Shown here piece after piece: positions 1-12,400 of a stretch of DNA of 64,000 nt (the first letter of the stretch is position 1; every line of letters begins with the position of its first letter). Origin of the DNA: an uncultured virus (IMG/VR IMGVR_UViG_3300042863_000355). Taxonomy: Duplodnaviria > Heunggongvirae > Uroviricota > Caudoviricetes. The stretch is from IMG/VR virus record IMGVR_UViG_3300042863_000355; one strand, given 5' to 3'. The notes below the pieces were generated by a model. It ran no database searches. It worked only from the letters and a program-made list of their open reading frames with translations, and was not told the origin of the DNA. The translations under genes were made by a program, and so were the position numbers.

Positions 1-1642
1 TAATATTATTGGTAATTATTTTGTGGGCAATGGCGCAACATTATCAAGCATAGCAGGCGGTAATGTAACTGGCACAGTGGCTAACGCAACTTACGCAACT
101 TCGGCAGGATCAGCCACTACTGCAGGATCAGCTACTACTGCGGCTACTGTAACAGGTAATGCTCAAGCTAATGTTACTAGTTTAGGTACATTAACAAGTT
201 TAAGTGTAACAGGTAATACTACTGGCGGCAACTTATTGACAGGTGGATTAATTTCAGCTACTGGTAATGTCTCTGGTGCTAGTTTAATTGGTACTATTGC
301 CACAGCATCACAAACAAGTATTACTAGCGTTGGCACATTGGGTAGTTTAAGTGTAACAGGTAATACTACTGGCGGCAACTTTACTACGGCTGGCACAATA
401 TCAGTTGGAGGTATTACATTAAGTGGTAACTTAATCGTAGGTGTTGGCCCTACTCTAACTATTGATCCAAATGGATCAGGTGGAACTGATGGTAACGTGG
501 TTATTACTGGTAACTTGACAGTTAATGGTACTACTACAACTATTAATTCAAATACAATTAGTACAAACGATTTACAAATTAACATGGCCAATAATGCTGC
601 TAACTCTACCGCTGCTAATAACGGTGGAATTGAGGTTGGGCCAGTAGGTTCGGCATATGCGACATTGCTGTATAACACATCTGCGAATGTTTGGGTATCA
701 AGTTTAGGTATTAGTGCTGTTGGTAATGTCTCTGGTGCTAGTTTAATTGGTACTATTGCCACAGCATCACAAACAAGTATTACTTCAGTTGGTACTTTGG
801 GTAGTTTAGCTGTAACAGCAAACATTACTGGTGGCAATCTTCTAACAGCAGGTTTAATTAGTTCAACTGGCGCCATAACAGGCGCAGCATTAACTGGAAC
901 AAATTTAACGGTATCAACTGGTAATATTACTGGTGGTAACTTGCTGCTAAGTGGAGCAATTACTGACTCAGGTCAATTAGATATTCAAACTAGTGCTGCT
1001 AATTCTAATATTGTATTAACTCCAAACGGCACAGGTAATGTTAATACAGGTGCTAACGTAAGTGTTACTGGTAATGTTCAAGCAGGTAATGTCAGAACAG
1101 CTGGATTAATATCAGCAACTGGAAATATAAACGGTGGTAACTTGTCAGTTGGTACAGGTACAATTACAGCAGGAAATATTGTTAATTCAAATGGTAATGC
1201 AGTAGGAAATATTGGTAGCTCAAGTAACTACTTTAACAGAGTATTTGCTCAATCAACCTCAGCCTTATACGCTGACTTAGCTGAATTATACTTAGCAGAC
1301 GCAGAATATGCTCCTGGAACAGTAGTATCGTTTGGTGGTGAATTAGAAGTAACAGGAAGTACTGTTGCTAGCGATGCTAAAGTAGCTGGCATTGTATCAA
1401 CTAATCCAAGTTACTTAATGAACAGCGGATTAATTGGTGAAAATGTTGTGGCCGTGGCCTTACAAGGGCGTGTTCCATGTAGCGTAACCGGCACTGTGCG
1501 TAAGGGTGATATGCTAGTAAGTAATGGCAACGGTACAGCTCGTGCTGAAGCAAATCCAGCAGTTGGTACAGTAATTGGTAAAGCTCTTGCTGATTTTACT
1601 GGCGAAAATGGTATTATAGAGGTTGTAGTTGGTATTAGATAA
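1..1642 (+). CDS. Tail fibre-like repeat protein (5' end outside window) with C-terminal intramolecular-chaperone-like domain
   Basis: Frame is open from the window edge; GNxTGGNLLTAG repeats; C-terminal SALYADLAE...GRVPC...IGKAL domain typical of phage fibres. Confidence 0.75.
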   Translation, partial: NIIGNYFVGNGATLSSIAGGNVTGTVANATYATSAGSATTAGSATTAATVTGNAQANVTSLGTLTSLSVTGNTTGGNLLTGGLISATGNVSGASLIGTIATASQTSITSVGTLGSLSVTGNTTGGNFTTAGTISVGGITLSGNLIVGVGPTLTIDPNGSGGTDGNVVITGNLTVNGTTTTINSNTISTNDLQINMANNAANSTAANNGGIEVGPVGSAYATLLYNTSANVWVSSLGISAVGNVSGASLIGTIATASQTSITSVGTLGSLAVTANITGGNLLTAGLISSTGAITGAALTGTNLTVSTGNITGGNLLLSGAITDSGQLDIQTSAANSNIVLTPNGTGNVNTGANVSVTGNVQAGNVRTAGLISATGNINGGNLSVGTGTITAGNIVNSNGNAVGNIGSSSNYFNRVFAQSTSALYADLAELYLADAEYAPGTVVSFGGELEVTGSTVASDAKVAGIVSTNPSYLMNSGLIGENVVAVALQGRVPCSVTGTVRKGDMLVSNGNGTARAEANPAVGTVIGKALADFTGENGIIEVVVGIR

Positions 1643-1663
1643 TCTATAACCCAACTTAATTTA

Positions 1664-1694
1664 AAAACACTGGGACCTATGGTCCCTTTGTTTT
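1664..1694 (+). terminator. Probable intrinsic terminator
   Basis: AAAACAct-GGGACC-tat-GGTCCC-ttTGTTTT stem-loop after the fibre gene. Confidence 0.6.
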
Positions 1695-1697
1695 AAC

Positions 1698-1703
1698 TAA
1701 ATA
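1698..1703 (+). promoter_or_regulatory. Late-type promoter TAAATA
   Basis: Matches the core of the T4 late promoter TATAAATA; followed by AGGA RBS and ATG at 1725. Confidence 0.6.
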
Positions 1704-1724
1704 ATACTAATAACAGGAAAATAG

Positions 1725-2762
1725 ATGGGCTTAACACGAATCCGTGCTGAACAGATATCAGACATTGATTATAAACAATCGGTTAGAGTTCTTACAACAA
1801 CAAATGTAGCACTTGGGGGCGGAGCTCCTAGTACAGTTGATGGTGTAAGCCTCGTCGCGGGTGATCGTATACTAGTTACAGGACAAACTACTACCAGTCA
1901 AAATGGACTGTATGATGTTGCTACAGTTGGTTCTGGTAGCAATGGAACTTGGGTAAGAACATCTGATGCCAATCAAACCGGTGAAATTAATGCTGGTATG
2001 ATTGTAATGGTCACAGAAGGTACCGAATGGGGCGATACTTCTTGGAAATTAGTCACTGACGATCCTATTGTAATAGGAATTACAGGATTAACTTTTCTAC
2101 AAAATACAGGCAATTCATTTAGTATTATTAATGTAGTTGGCAGCGGAAATGTTGTTGCCAACGGTGTTAGTAGCACAGTATCTTTTGGAAGCGGCAATAA
2201 TATTTCAATTACAGGCAACGCTGCTGCTGACATTATTACATTTAGTTTGTCAAACAATCCAAGTGTTACTGGAAATATAACAGGTAATAGTGTTTTTGCC
2301 ACTAATATTATCAGTGCTGCTGGCAATATATTTGGTGGTGGTATACGATCAACTTCTAGTCCAACACCTCCTAGTAATCCTAGCGTGGGTGATTTTTGGT
2401 ACGATACTAGTACAAACGCACAATATCGCTATACTTTTGATGGAACAGACTATTTTTGGTTAGATGATTATGGCTCAACCTTAGGAATTAACGGTTCGTT
2501 TAGTGCAGTTACTAATGGAACTAGTAATATTACCATTGCTAATACTAATTCAAATGCTGCGGTTAGCATTAATGGTACCAGTAATGTAGCAGTTTTTGCC
2601 AACACAGGATTTTATACATCAGCATTAAATGTAACAACAAGTTTCACTCCGGCTAGTAGTTCGGCCACGGGAGTAGCAGGGCAAATAGCATGGGATTCTA
2701 ACTATGTATACGTTTGTATAGCCACAAACACATGGAAACGATCTCCTATAGGCACATGGTAA
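1725..2762 (+). CDS. Fibre/baseplate-attachment structural protein
   Basis: N-terminal DYKQSVRV..T.NVAL...DGV.L..GDRILV..Q...QNGLY motif common in phage fibre N-termini; PSVGDFWY module shared with 2813..9469. Confidence 0.65.
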   Translation: MGLTRIRAEQISDIDYKQSVRVLTTTNVALGGGAPSTVDGVSLVAGDRILVTGQTTTSQNGLYDVATVGSGSNGTWVRTSDANQTGEINAGMIVMVTEGTEWGDTSWKLVTDDPIVIGITGLTFLQNTGNSFSIINVVGSGNVVANGVSSTVSFGSGNNISITGNAAADIITFSLSNNPSVTGNITGNSVFATNIISAAGNIFGGGIRSTSSPTPPSNPSVGDFWYDTSTNAQYRYTFDGTDYFWLDDYGSTLGINGSFSAVTNGTSNITIANTNSNAAVSINGTSNVAVFANTGFYTSALNVTTSFTPASSSATGVAGQIAWDSNYVYVCIATNTWKRSPIGTW

Positions 2763-2776
2763 CGTATGTACGATAC

Positions 2777-2784
2777 TATAAATA
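2777..2784 (+). promoter_or_regulatory. Late-type promoter TATAAATA
   Basis: Exact T4 late consensus upstream of AAGGA RBS and ATG at 2813. Confidence 0.65.
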
Positions 2785-2812
2785 AGAATAGCAGTTTAAC
2801 AAAGGATTCATA

Positions 2813-5800
2813 ATGGCATTTCCAACCTCACCAACCGACGGACAGACAGCAGTAGTTAATAATATAACATATGTTTACTCATCTGCGTCTAACGCATGGA
2901 CAAGAACTGCCACAGGATTCGTAAATCTGTCGGCTTCAGCTAATATTTCGGCAGGCGGAAATGTCGTAGGCGGTAATATTCTTACAAGTGGCATTGTTAG
3001 CGCACTGGGAAATATTACTGGTAACTATTACTTTGGTAATGGTAGTCAATTAACAGGTATTACTGCTAATAGTATTGTTGGTGCATACAGCAACAGCAAC
3101 GTTTTAGCTTATTTAAGCACAGGATTTAATGGCAACATTATTCCATCTGCTGCTAACACATATTCATTAGGTAATGCGACAAATACTTGGCAACATCTTT
3201 ATGTAAGCAATACATCAATTTATATCGGCGGAGTTCAGTTAACTGGAAATGCTACTCAACTGACTTATGCCGGAAATGCTATTCCAGTCACCAATGCTAA
3301 TGGTAACATTTCACTTGGTAATGTATTTTCAAGTGGTGCGGTAAGTGCTACCGGCAATTTAATTGGTGGCAATATTACAACAGCTGGGTTAGTTTCAGCA
3401 ACAGGAACTGTTACAGGATCAAGTGTACTAGGTACTGTTGTATCAGCAAGCGGTAACGTAATTGGTGGCAATATCACAACTGCCGGATTAGTTTCAGCAA
3501 CTGGCAACGTAACTGGTAACTATATTTTAGGCAATGGTTCACAATTAACTGGTGTTATTACATCAGTATCAAACGTAACAAATGGCAATAGTAATGTTAA
3601 TATTGCCGCTGCTGCTGCGAACATAACTGTTTCAGTAAGTGGCGTAGGCAATGTTGCTGTATTTTCTCCGACTGGTGAATATGTAACAGGTGTTATTAGC
3701 GCATCGGGCAATATTACTGGTGGTAATTTATCAGGTACATTGGTTACTGGTACATTAACTACTATCGCACAACCTAACGTTACTAGTTTAGGTACATTAA
3801 CAAGTTTAAGTGTTACTGGCAATACTACAGGTGGTAACTTTACTACAAGCGGAACACTATCAGTTGGTGGTATTGTAATAAGCGGCAATACAATTGTAGG
3901 AGCAGGTCCAACTCTAACTATTGATCCAAATGGATCAGGTGGCACAGATGGTAACGTGGTCATTACAGGTAACTTGACCGTTAATGGTACAACAACTACT
4001 ATTAACTCAAATACAATTACCACAAACGATTTACAAATTAACATGGCCAATAATGCGGCCAATGCAACAGCGGCTAACAATGGCGGTATTGGAGTAGGTC
4101 CGTTAGGTGCTGAATATGCAACATTATTGTACAACACAGCCTCAAATGTCTGGGTATCTAGTTTAGGTATTAGTGCAGTTGGTAACCTAACAACCGGTGC
4201 TGGCGTTACTGCAACCGGCAACGTATATGGCGGTAATATTTTAACTGCTGGTGTGATGAGCAGCACAGGTAACGCCATACATGGAAATATTTTAACAGCT
4301 GGCATAGTATCAGCAACTGGTAATATTACAACGGCTGGATTCTTCGTTGGTACATTTGCGGGTAGTATTAGCGGTAACGTAACTGCTGCTGGTGCCAATA
4401 CACAGGTACAATTTAATAATAGTGGTAACTTAGCTGCTACTGCTGGATTGACATTTAACACAGTGGGTAATGTATTAACTGTAGCCGGTAATATTGCCGG
4501 CGGTAATTTACTAACAGCAGGATTGATTAGTTCAACAGGAACAATTACATCAGCCGCAAACGTAATTGGTGGTAATATTACTACTGTTGGTTTAGTAAGT
4601 GCTACTGGCACAGTAACAGGATCAAGTTTATTGGGTACTGTTGTTAGTGCGTCTGGTAATGTATATGGCAATAATATTGGCGCAATAACTGACATTAGTG
4701 CTGGCGGTAATATTACTGGTGCTAATTTTTCAACAACAGGCGCAAGTGGTAACATCACTGGCGCTAATGTAATTGCATCAACTACATTAACAGCAACTGG
4801 CAACGTTTACGGTGGTAATTTTCTAACAGCAGGTTTAATTAGTTCAACTGGTGCCATAACAGGCGCAGCATTAACTGGAACAAGTTTAACAGTATCAACC
4901 GGTAATATTACTGGTGGTAACTTATTATTGAGTGGAGCAATTACTGACTCAGGTCAATTAGATATTCAAACTAGTGCAGGTAATGCTAACATTGTGTTAA
5001 CTCCTAATGGAACAGGTAATGTTAATACAGGCGCTAACGTAAGTGTTACAGGAAATGTTCAAGCGGGTAATGTCAGAACAGCTGGACTAGTATCAGCTAC
5101 GGGAAATGTTACTGGCGGTAACTTACTAACTGCTGGGTTAATATCAGCAACAAGCACTATCACATCAGCGGCCAATATTGTTGGCGGTAATATTACTACG
5201 GCTGGCTTGGTAACTGCTACAGGTAATGTAACTGGTGGTAATGTTTTAACAGCGGGATTAATTTCAGCAACAAGTACTATTACAAGTGCAGCAAATATTA
5301 CAGGTGGCAATTTACTAACAGCTGGATTAATTAGTGCTACGAGTACTATTACAAGTGCTGCTAATATTGTCGGTGGTAACTTATTAACAGCTGGATTAAT
5401 TAGTGCTACGAGTACTATTACATCAGCGGCAAACGTAGTTGGTGGTAATATTACAACGGCTGGGTTAGTAACTGCTACCGGTAACGTAACCGGCGGAAAT
5501 GTATTAACTGCTGGTATTATGAGTAGTGCTGGTAATGCGATACATGGCAATATTTTAACAGCTGGATTAATAACTGCTACTGGTAATGTAACTGGTAATT
5601 TCTTTATTGGTAACGGTAGTCAACTAACTGGTATTAGCTCAACGGCAGGAACAGCATTAACAAACGGTAATACTAATATTACCACAGCACTAAACGGTAA
5701 CGCTAATATTACTATTAGCGGAACAAGTAATGTTGTAGTATTCACAGCGACCGGCGTTAACGTAACGGGAGTTGTCAGTGCATCTGGTAACGTAACTGGC

Positions 5801-8800
5801 GGTAATGTTTTAACAGCAGGATTAATCAGCGCAACAAGCACAATTACCTCAGCAGCAAATATTACAGGCGGTAATTTATTAACAGCCGGATTAGTTAGTG
5901 CTACTGGCACAGTAACCGGTTCAAGTTTATTAGGTACTGTTGTTAGTGCTTCCGGCAACGTAATTGGTGGTAATGTAACTACAGTGGGATTAATTTCAGC
6001 TACTGGTAACGTTACGACAGCTAATTATTTCTTAGGTAATGGCGCATTATTATCGGGTATTAACGTAGCTGCTTCGTCAAGCAAAATCAGCAACGGCGGA
6101 AGTTATGCTAATATTCCAACTAGTGGTAGCAATTTAAGTATTGGTATTGGGGCAAGTTCAAACGTAGTTGCTGTATTTTATGACTCAGGCGTAAACTTTA
6201 CTGGACCAATTAGTGCAAGTGGTAATGTAACTGGCGGAAATTTATTAACAGCTGGATTGATTTCAGCAACTTCGACTATCACAAGTGCTGCTAATATCAC
6301 AGGCGGCAATATACTAACTGCTGGTATTATGTCAAGTACTGGTAATGCGATACATGGTAATATTTTAACAGCTGGATTGATTTCAGCAACAAGTACAATT
6401 ACATCAGCAGCAAACGTTGTTGGTGGCAATATTTCAACTGCCGGACTAATAACTGCTACTGGTAATGTAACTGGTGGCAATGTATTAACAGCTGGCATCA
6501 TGTCAAGCACAGGTAATGCGATACATGGCAATATTTTAACAGCAGGATTAGCGAGTGCCACTGGAAACGTTATTGGTGGCAACGTTACAACAGCTGGATT
6601 AATTAGTGCCACTGGTAATATTACAGGTGGTAATTTATCAGGCACATTAGTTACTGGCACATTAGCTACAGCGGCACAGCCAAATGTTACCTCAGTTGGC
6701 ACTTTAACAAGTTTAAGTATTACTGGTAATACTACAGGTGGCAATTTCACAACAGGTGGAACTTTATCAGTTGGTGGAATTGTAATTAGTGGAAACACAA
6801 TCGTTGGTGCAGGTCCAACACTAACTATTGATCCAAATGGATCAGGTGGCACAGATGGTAACGTGGTCATTACAGGTAACTTAACCGTTAATGGTACAAC
6901 GACTACAATTAATTCTAATACAATTACCACAAACGATTTACAAATTAACATGGCCAATAATGCTGCTAACTCTACTGCGGCAAATAATGGCGGTATTGGT
7001 GTTGGCCCAGTAGGAGCAGAATATGCAACATGGTTGTATAATACAGCATCAAATGTTTGGATATCTAGCTTAGGTATTAGCTCAGTCGGTAATGTAACAG
7101 CTGGACTTGGTATTACTGCTACAGGAAACTTAGCGGGTGGCAACGTATTAACAGCTGGCATTATGTCAAGTACTGGTAATGCTATACACGGCAACATCTT
7201 AACAGCTGGACAAGTAAGTGCTACAGGTAATATTACTACAGCCGGTTTCTTTGTAGGAACATTTGCGGGTAGTATTAGTGGTAACGTAACGGCAGCAGGA
7301 GCAAACACACAAGTACAATTTAATAATAGCGGCAATTTAGCTGCTACAGCTGGATTAACTTTTAACACAGTAGGTAACGTATTAAGTGTAACCGGTAACG
7401 TAGTTGGTGCTAACTTACTAACAGCTGGATTGATTAGTTCAACAGGAACAATTACATCAGCAGCAAACGTAATTGGTGGTAATATTACTACCGCTGGTTT
7501 AGTAACGGCTACTGGTAACGTAACTGGCGGTAATGTATTGACCGCTGGTATTATGTCAAGTACTGGTAATGCCATACATGGTAATATCTTAACAGCTGGA
7601 TTAATTTCAGCAACAAGTACAATTACTAGTGCTGCCAATATTATAGGCGGTAACTTATTAACAGCTGGATTAATTTCAGCAACAAGTACAATTACTAGTG
7701 CTGCTAATATTATCGGTGGTAATATTACAACAGCAGGATTAATTTCAGCTACTGGTGCTATTACAGGTGCAGCACTAACTGGCACAAGTTTAACAGTATC
7801 AACCGGCAATATTACCGGCGGAAACTTGCTGCTAAGTGGTGCAATTACTGATTCTGGCCAATTAGATATTCAAACTAGTGCAGGTAATGCTAACATTGTA
7901 TTAACTCCAAACGGCACAGGTAATGTTAATACTGGAGCTAATTTAAGTGTTACTGGTAATGTCCAAGCAGGTAATGTCAGAACAGCTGGACTAGTATCAG
8001 CTACTGGAAACGTTGCTGGTGGAAATATTCTAACAGCTGGTATTATTAGTGCTACTGGCAACATAACTGGTAACTTTATACTTGGTAACGGTAGTCAATT
8101 AACTGGTATCATTACATCAGTATCAAACGTAACAAACGGCAACAGTAATGTTAATATTTCCGCTGCTGCCGCTAACGTAACCATATCAGTAAGTGGTGTT
8201 GGCAACGTAGTTGTGTTTGCCCCAACTGGTGAATATGTAACTGGTTTATTAAGTGTTAGTGGTAACGTAACTGGTGGTAATGTATTAACAGCTGGATTGA
8301 TTTCAGCTACAAGTACAATTACTTCGGCAGCTAATATAACTGGTGGAAATATTCTAACAGCAGGTATCGTTAGCTCAACTGGTAATATAACTGGCGGAAA
8401 CATTGTTTCTTCTGGTATTATTAGCACATCAGGTAACATATTTGGTGGTGGTATACGCTCAACATCAAGCTCTACTGCTCCAAGCAGCCCAAGCGTGGGT
8501 GACTTCTGGTACAACACTGATACAAACGTACAGTATCGCTTTACATTTGACGGTACAAGTTACTACTGGATTGATGATTTTGGTGCATCAACTGGAATGA
8601 ATGGCACATTTAATGCTATTACAAACGGTACAAGTAACGTAACTGCTAGTGCTAGTGCTAACATTACAGTTGGCGTAGCCGGAACACCAAACGTTGTTGT
8701 TTGGGCAACTACGGGACAATATGTAACTGGTATTGTCAGCGCAACTGGAAACGTAATTGGTGGTAATATTACTACTGCTGGATTAATTAGTGCTACAGGT

Positions 8801-9469
8801 AATGTATCAGGCGGTAATTTAAACGTAACAGGCAATATTGTTGATACTGGGGCATTAACTATCATAACGGGCAGTAATGGAAATATTGCGTTGACTCCAA
8901 ATGGCACAGGTATAGTCACAGTTTCTAGTAATGTTAGTATAACAGGAAATGTAATTGGTGGCAATTTATCAGTCGGCACTGGAACAATTACTGTAGGAAA
9001 TATTGTTAATTCAAATGCTAACGCGGTAGGTAACATTGGTTCGGCAAGTAACTACTTTAACACAGTATTTGCTAAATCAACATCAGCACAATACGCCGAC
9101 TTAGCTGAAACTTATATTGCTGATGCTGGATATGCTCCTGGAACACTAGTTATATTTGGTGGTGCTGATGAAATTACTGCGTCAACTGTATCACATGATA
9201 CAAGAGTAGCTGGTATTATTTCAACAGCTCCTGCTTACTTAATGAACTCAGGTGCAGTTGGTTTGCCAGTAGCATTAACTGGGCGTGTTCCATGTAGTGT
9301 AGTAGGAACAATTAGAAAAGGAGACAGATTAGTTGCTAGTGATATAAAAGGTGTAGCAACTGCTTTAGATATCACTAAATACTTGCCAGGATGTATCATT
9401 GGCAAAGCTCTAGAGAATTATGATTTAGATTCAACAGGAGTAATTGAAGTAGCTGTCGGAAGGTATTAA
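2813..9469 (+). CDS. Giant repeat fibre protein (2218 aa) with C-terminal chaperone-like domain
   Basis: MAFPTSP..GQTA N-terminus, dozens of ~15-aa GN-rich repeats, SAQYADLAE C-terminal domain. Confidence 0.75.
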   Translation: MAFPTSPTDGQTAVVNNITYVYSSASNAWTRTATGFVNLSASANISAGGNVVGGNILTSGIVSALGNITGNYYFGNGSQLTGITANSIVGAYSNSNVLAYLSTGFNGNIIPSAANTYSLGNATNTWQHLYVSNTSIYIGGVQLTGNATQLTYAGNAIPVTNANGNISLGNVFSSGAVSATGNLIGGNITTAGLVSATGTVTGSSVLGTVVSASGNVIGGNITTAGLVSATGNVTGNYILGNGSQLTGVITSVSNVTNGNSNVNIAAAAANITVSVSGVGNVAVFSPTGEYVTGVISASGNITGGNLSGTLVTGTLTTIAQPNVTSLGTLTSLSVTGNTTGGNFTTSGTLSVGGIVISGNTIVGAGPTLTIDPNGSGGTDGNVVITGNLTVNGTTTTINSNTITTNDLQINMANNAANATAANNGGIGVGPLGAEYATLLYNTASNVWVSSLGISAVGNLTTGAGVTATGNVYGGNILTAGVMSSTGNAIHGNILTAGIVSATGNITTAGFFVGTFAGSISGNVTAAGANTQVQFNNSGNLAATAGLTFNTVGNVLTVAGNIAGGNLLTAGLISSTGTITSAANVIGGNITTVGLVSATGTVTGSSLLGTVVSASGNVYGNNIGAITDISAGGNITGANFSTTGASGNITGANVIASTTLTATGNVYGGNFLTAGLISSTGAITGAALTGTSLTVSTGNITGGNLLLSGAITDSGQLDIQTSAGNANIVLTPNGTGNVNTGANVSVTGNVQAGNVRTAGLVSATGNVTGGNLLTAGLISATSTITSAANIVGGNITTAGLVTATGNVTGGNVLTAGLISATSTITSAANITGGNLLTAGLISATSTITSAANIVGGNLLTAGLISATSTITSAANVVGGNITTAGLVTATGNVTGGNVLTAGIMSSAGNAIHGNILTAGLITATGNVTGNFFIGNGSQLTGISSTAGTALTNGNTNITTALNGNANITISGTSNVVVFTATGVNVTGVVSASGNVTGGNVLTAGLISATSTITSAANITGGNLLTAGLVSATGTVTGSSLLGTVVSASGNVIGGNVTTVGLISATGNVTTANYFLGNGALLSGINVAASSSKISNGGSYANIPTSGSNLSIGIGASSNVVAVFYDSGVNFTGPISASGNVTGGNLLTAGLISATSTITSAANITGGNILTAGIMSSTGNAIHGNILTAGLISATSTITSAANVVGGNISTAGLITATGNVTGGNVLTAGIMSSTGNAIHGNILTAGLASATGNVIGGNVTTAGLISATGNITGGNLSGTLVTGTLATAAQPNVTSVGTLTSLSITGNTTGGNFTTGGTLSVGGIVISGNTIVGAGPTLTIDPNGSGGTDGNVVITGNLTVNGTTTTINSNTITTNDLQINMANNAANSTAANNGGIGVGPVGAEYATWLYNTASNVWISSLGISSVGNVTAGLGITATGNLAGGNVLTAGIMSSTGNAIHGNILTAGQVSATGNITTAGFFVGTFAGSISGNVTAAGANTQVQFNNSGNLAATAGLTFNTVGNVLSVTGNVVGANLLTAGLISSTGTITSAANVIGGNITTAGLVTATGNVTGGNVLTAGIMSSTGNAIHGNILTAGLISATSTITSAANIIGGNLLTAGLISATSTITSAANIIGGNITTAGLISATGAITGAALTGTSLTVSTGNITGGNLLLSGAITDSGQLDIQTSAGNANIVLTPNGTGNVNTGANLSVTGNVQAGNVRTAGLVSATGNVAGGNILTAGIISATGNITGNFILGNGSQLTGIITSVSNVTNGNSNVNISAAAANVTISVSGVGNVVVFAPTGEYVTGLLSVSGNVTGGNVLTAGLISATSTITSAANITGGNILTAGIVSSTGNITGGNIVSSGIISTSGNIFGGGIRSTSSSTAPSSPSVGDFWYNTDTNVQYRFTFDGTSYYWIDDFGASTGMNGTFNAITNGTSNVTASASANITVGVAGTPNVVVWATTGQYVTGIVSATGNVIGGNITTAGLISATGNVSGGNLNVTGNIVDTGALTIITGSNGNIALTPNGTGIVTVSSNVSITGNVIGGNLSVGTGTITVGNIVNSNANAVGNIGSASNYFNTVFAKSTSAQYADLAETYIADAGYAPGTLVIFGGADEITASTVSHDTRVAGIISTAPAYLMNSGAVGLPVALTGRVPCSVVGTIRKGDRLVASDIKGVATALDITKYLPGCIIGKALENYDLDSTGVIEVAVGRY

Positions 9470-12400
9470 TGGCATTTCCCGTATCGCCCGTAAATGGGCA
9501 AACCGCAACCGTAAACAATATTGTTTACGTATTTTCCACTGCTAACAACACGTGGACTAGGTCTGCGACGGGATTTGTTAATATTGGTGCATCTGGTAAT
9601 ATATCAGCTGCTGGAAATATCTACGGTAATTATATCGTAGGTAATATTTCCGGCACAGTTACTACTGCTCAAACAGTTACTACCAATGCTCAACCGAATA
9701 TTACATCAGTAGGAACATTAACTAGTTTAACATCGTCTGGTTTAATCAGTACAACGGGCAACATTGTTGGCAATTACCTATTTGGTAATGGTAACCTACT
9801 AACTAACGTTGTTGCCAATACTATAAACACAACATTTAGCGGCTCGGCAAATACTTTTTACATTGATTTTGTTGCAGATGACGGTGCTAACGCTCAGACA
9901 ATTTGGAATTCACCATTTTTAACTTTTGTTCCAATTAGTGGAATATTAGGCGCATCAGCATTCACGGCAACTGGCAATATAAATGGCGCTAATATTTTAT
10001 CTGCTGGATTATTAACTGCTACTGGTAATATATTAGGTGGTAACATACTTACTGCCGGATTAATATCAGCAACAAGTACTATCACAAGTGCCGCTAACAT
10101 TACTGGTGGCAATCTTCTAACAGCAGGTTTAATTAGTTCAACTGGCGCCATAACAGGCGCAGCATTAACTGGAACAAGTTTAACTGTATCAACCGGCAAT
10201 ATTACTGGTGGTAACTTACTATTGAGTGGAGCAATTACTGATTCCGGTCAATTAGATATTCAAACTAGTGCAGGTAATGCTAACATTGTGTTAACTCCAA
10301 ATGGAACTGGTAATGTTAACACAGGTGCTAATTTAAGTGTTACAGGAAATGTTCAAGCAGGTAATGTCAGAACAGCTGGATTAATTTCAGCAACTGGAAA
10401 TATAAACGGCGGTAACATTGTAACAAGTAGAGTAGTTGTTTCAGGTAATGCTGCTGTTAATACATTAGTATCTATCACAGACACAGCGCCACAAGGAACT
10501 GGCGCGGCATTTAGTGTTACTAATGCTGGAAATACAATTTCTATACTGCCCAATATTTCTGCTGGATCATTTAACAGCTTACAGTCAAATGGTGACATAG
10601 CAATATTAACTACAGGTCCTACTATAGGTAATGTAGGATTTTCAATTATACCATGGGCAGGCGGAACTAATGGTATAAAAATGAATACTGTGTCAAACGT
10701 AACTACTATAACGTTGGCTGCGGCAACACTTTCAACTACTGGCAATATAACTGGCGGAATTGGTAATTTAACAACTGGAAATATACTAACTCCCGGTATT
10801 ATGAGCAGTACTGGTAATGCGATACATGGTAATATCTTAACTGCCGGTATTATGTCAAGTACTGGCAACGCAATACATGGCAATATTTTAACTGCTGGCC
10901 TAATTTCAGCTACTAGCACAATTACATCAGCAGCAAATATTACTGGTGGTAATATATTAACTGCCGGTATTATGAGCAGTACTGGTAACGCAATACATGG
11001 CAATATTTTAACTGCTGGCCTAATTTCAGCTACGAGCACAATTACATCAGCAGCAAATATTACTGGTGGTAACATATTAACAGCTGGATTAATGTCAAGT
11101 ACTGGCAACGCAATACATGGAAATATCCTAACAGCTGGATTAATAACTGCTACTGGTAACGTAACTGGCGGAAATATCCTAACAGCAGGAGCAGTTAGTT
11201 CTGCTGGAATAGTAACCGCAGCTAGCGTAGTTGGCGGTGTTATTACAGGTTCAAGTACCTCAGTTACTGGTGCTACAGTCGCAGCATCGGTTACTGCTAA
11301 TACTGCCACTGGTAGAGTAGGATTAGGTACAGATGGAGGAGGATCTTTAACATTAGGATTTCAAGCTAACAACGCATCTGCTACTACTCCTTATATTGAT
11401 TTTAATTCTAGTGCTAATTATGTTGATTTTGATGCTCGTATACAAGCTTCTGGTAATACTGGCACGACTGGTGCCGGCACATTAACTGTAACCGCTGCTA
11501 TTCTTGCAGCAAGCGCATTGTTCAGCGCAGCAGGTAATGTTATTGGTGGAAATATCCTAACAGCCGGTATAATGTCAAGTACTGGCAATGCAATACACGG
11601 CAATATCTTAACAGCCGGCTTAGTTTCAGCAACCGGAAATATTACTGGTAACTTTATACTGGGTAATGGATCGCAACTTACTGGTATTATTACAAGTGTA
11701 TCTAACGTTGTAAACGGTGGAAGTAATTTAAACATTGCTGCGGCAAACGCCAATGTAACTATATCAGTTAGCACAGTCGGTAACGTTGCTGTATTTTCAC
11801 CAACTGGTGTTAGTGTACTTGGAACTATAGCTGGAAATGGTAATATTACTGGCGGCAATTTATTAACAGCAGGATTGATTAGTTCAACAGGAACTATCAC
11901 AGGATCAAGTCATTTAGGTGCTGTAGTTTCGGTAACTGCAAACGTAACTGGCGGTAACTTATTAACAGCTGGATTGATTTCAGCAACTTCAACAATTACA
12001 TCAGCAGCAAACGTTGTTGGTGGAAATATTACAACTGCTGGTCTAGTAACTGCTACAGGTAACGTAACAGGCGGAAATATCTTAACTGCCGGTATTATGT
12101 CAAGTACTGGCAACGCAATACATGGTAATATTTTAACAGCAGGTATTGTAAGTGCTACTGCTAATGTAACTGGCGGTAATGTTCTAACAGCAGGATTGAT
12201 TAGTTCAACTGGAAATATAACAGCAAACTATCACATTGGTAATGGTTCTACATTAACATCATTAACCGGTGGTAACGTAACTGGTACTGTAGCAAACGCA
12301 ACATTTGCTGTATCAGCAGGATCGGCGGTTGGAACTGCTGCTACTGTTACTACAAATGCTCAACCAAATATTACTTCGGTTGGTACATTAACTAGTTTAA

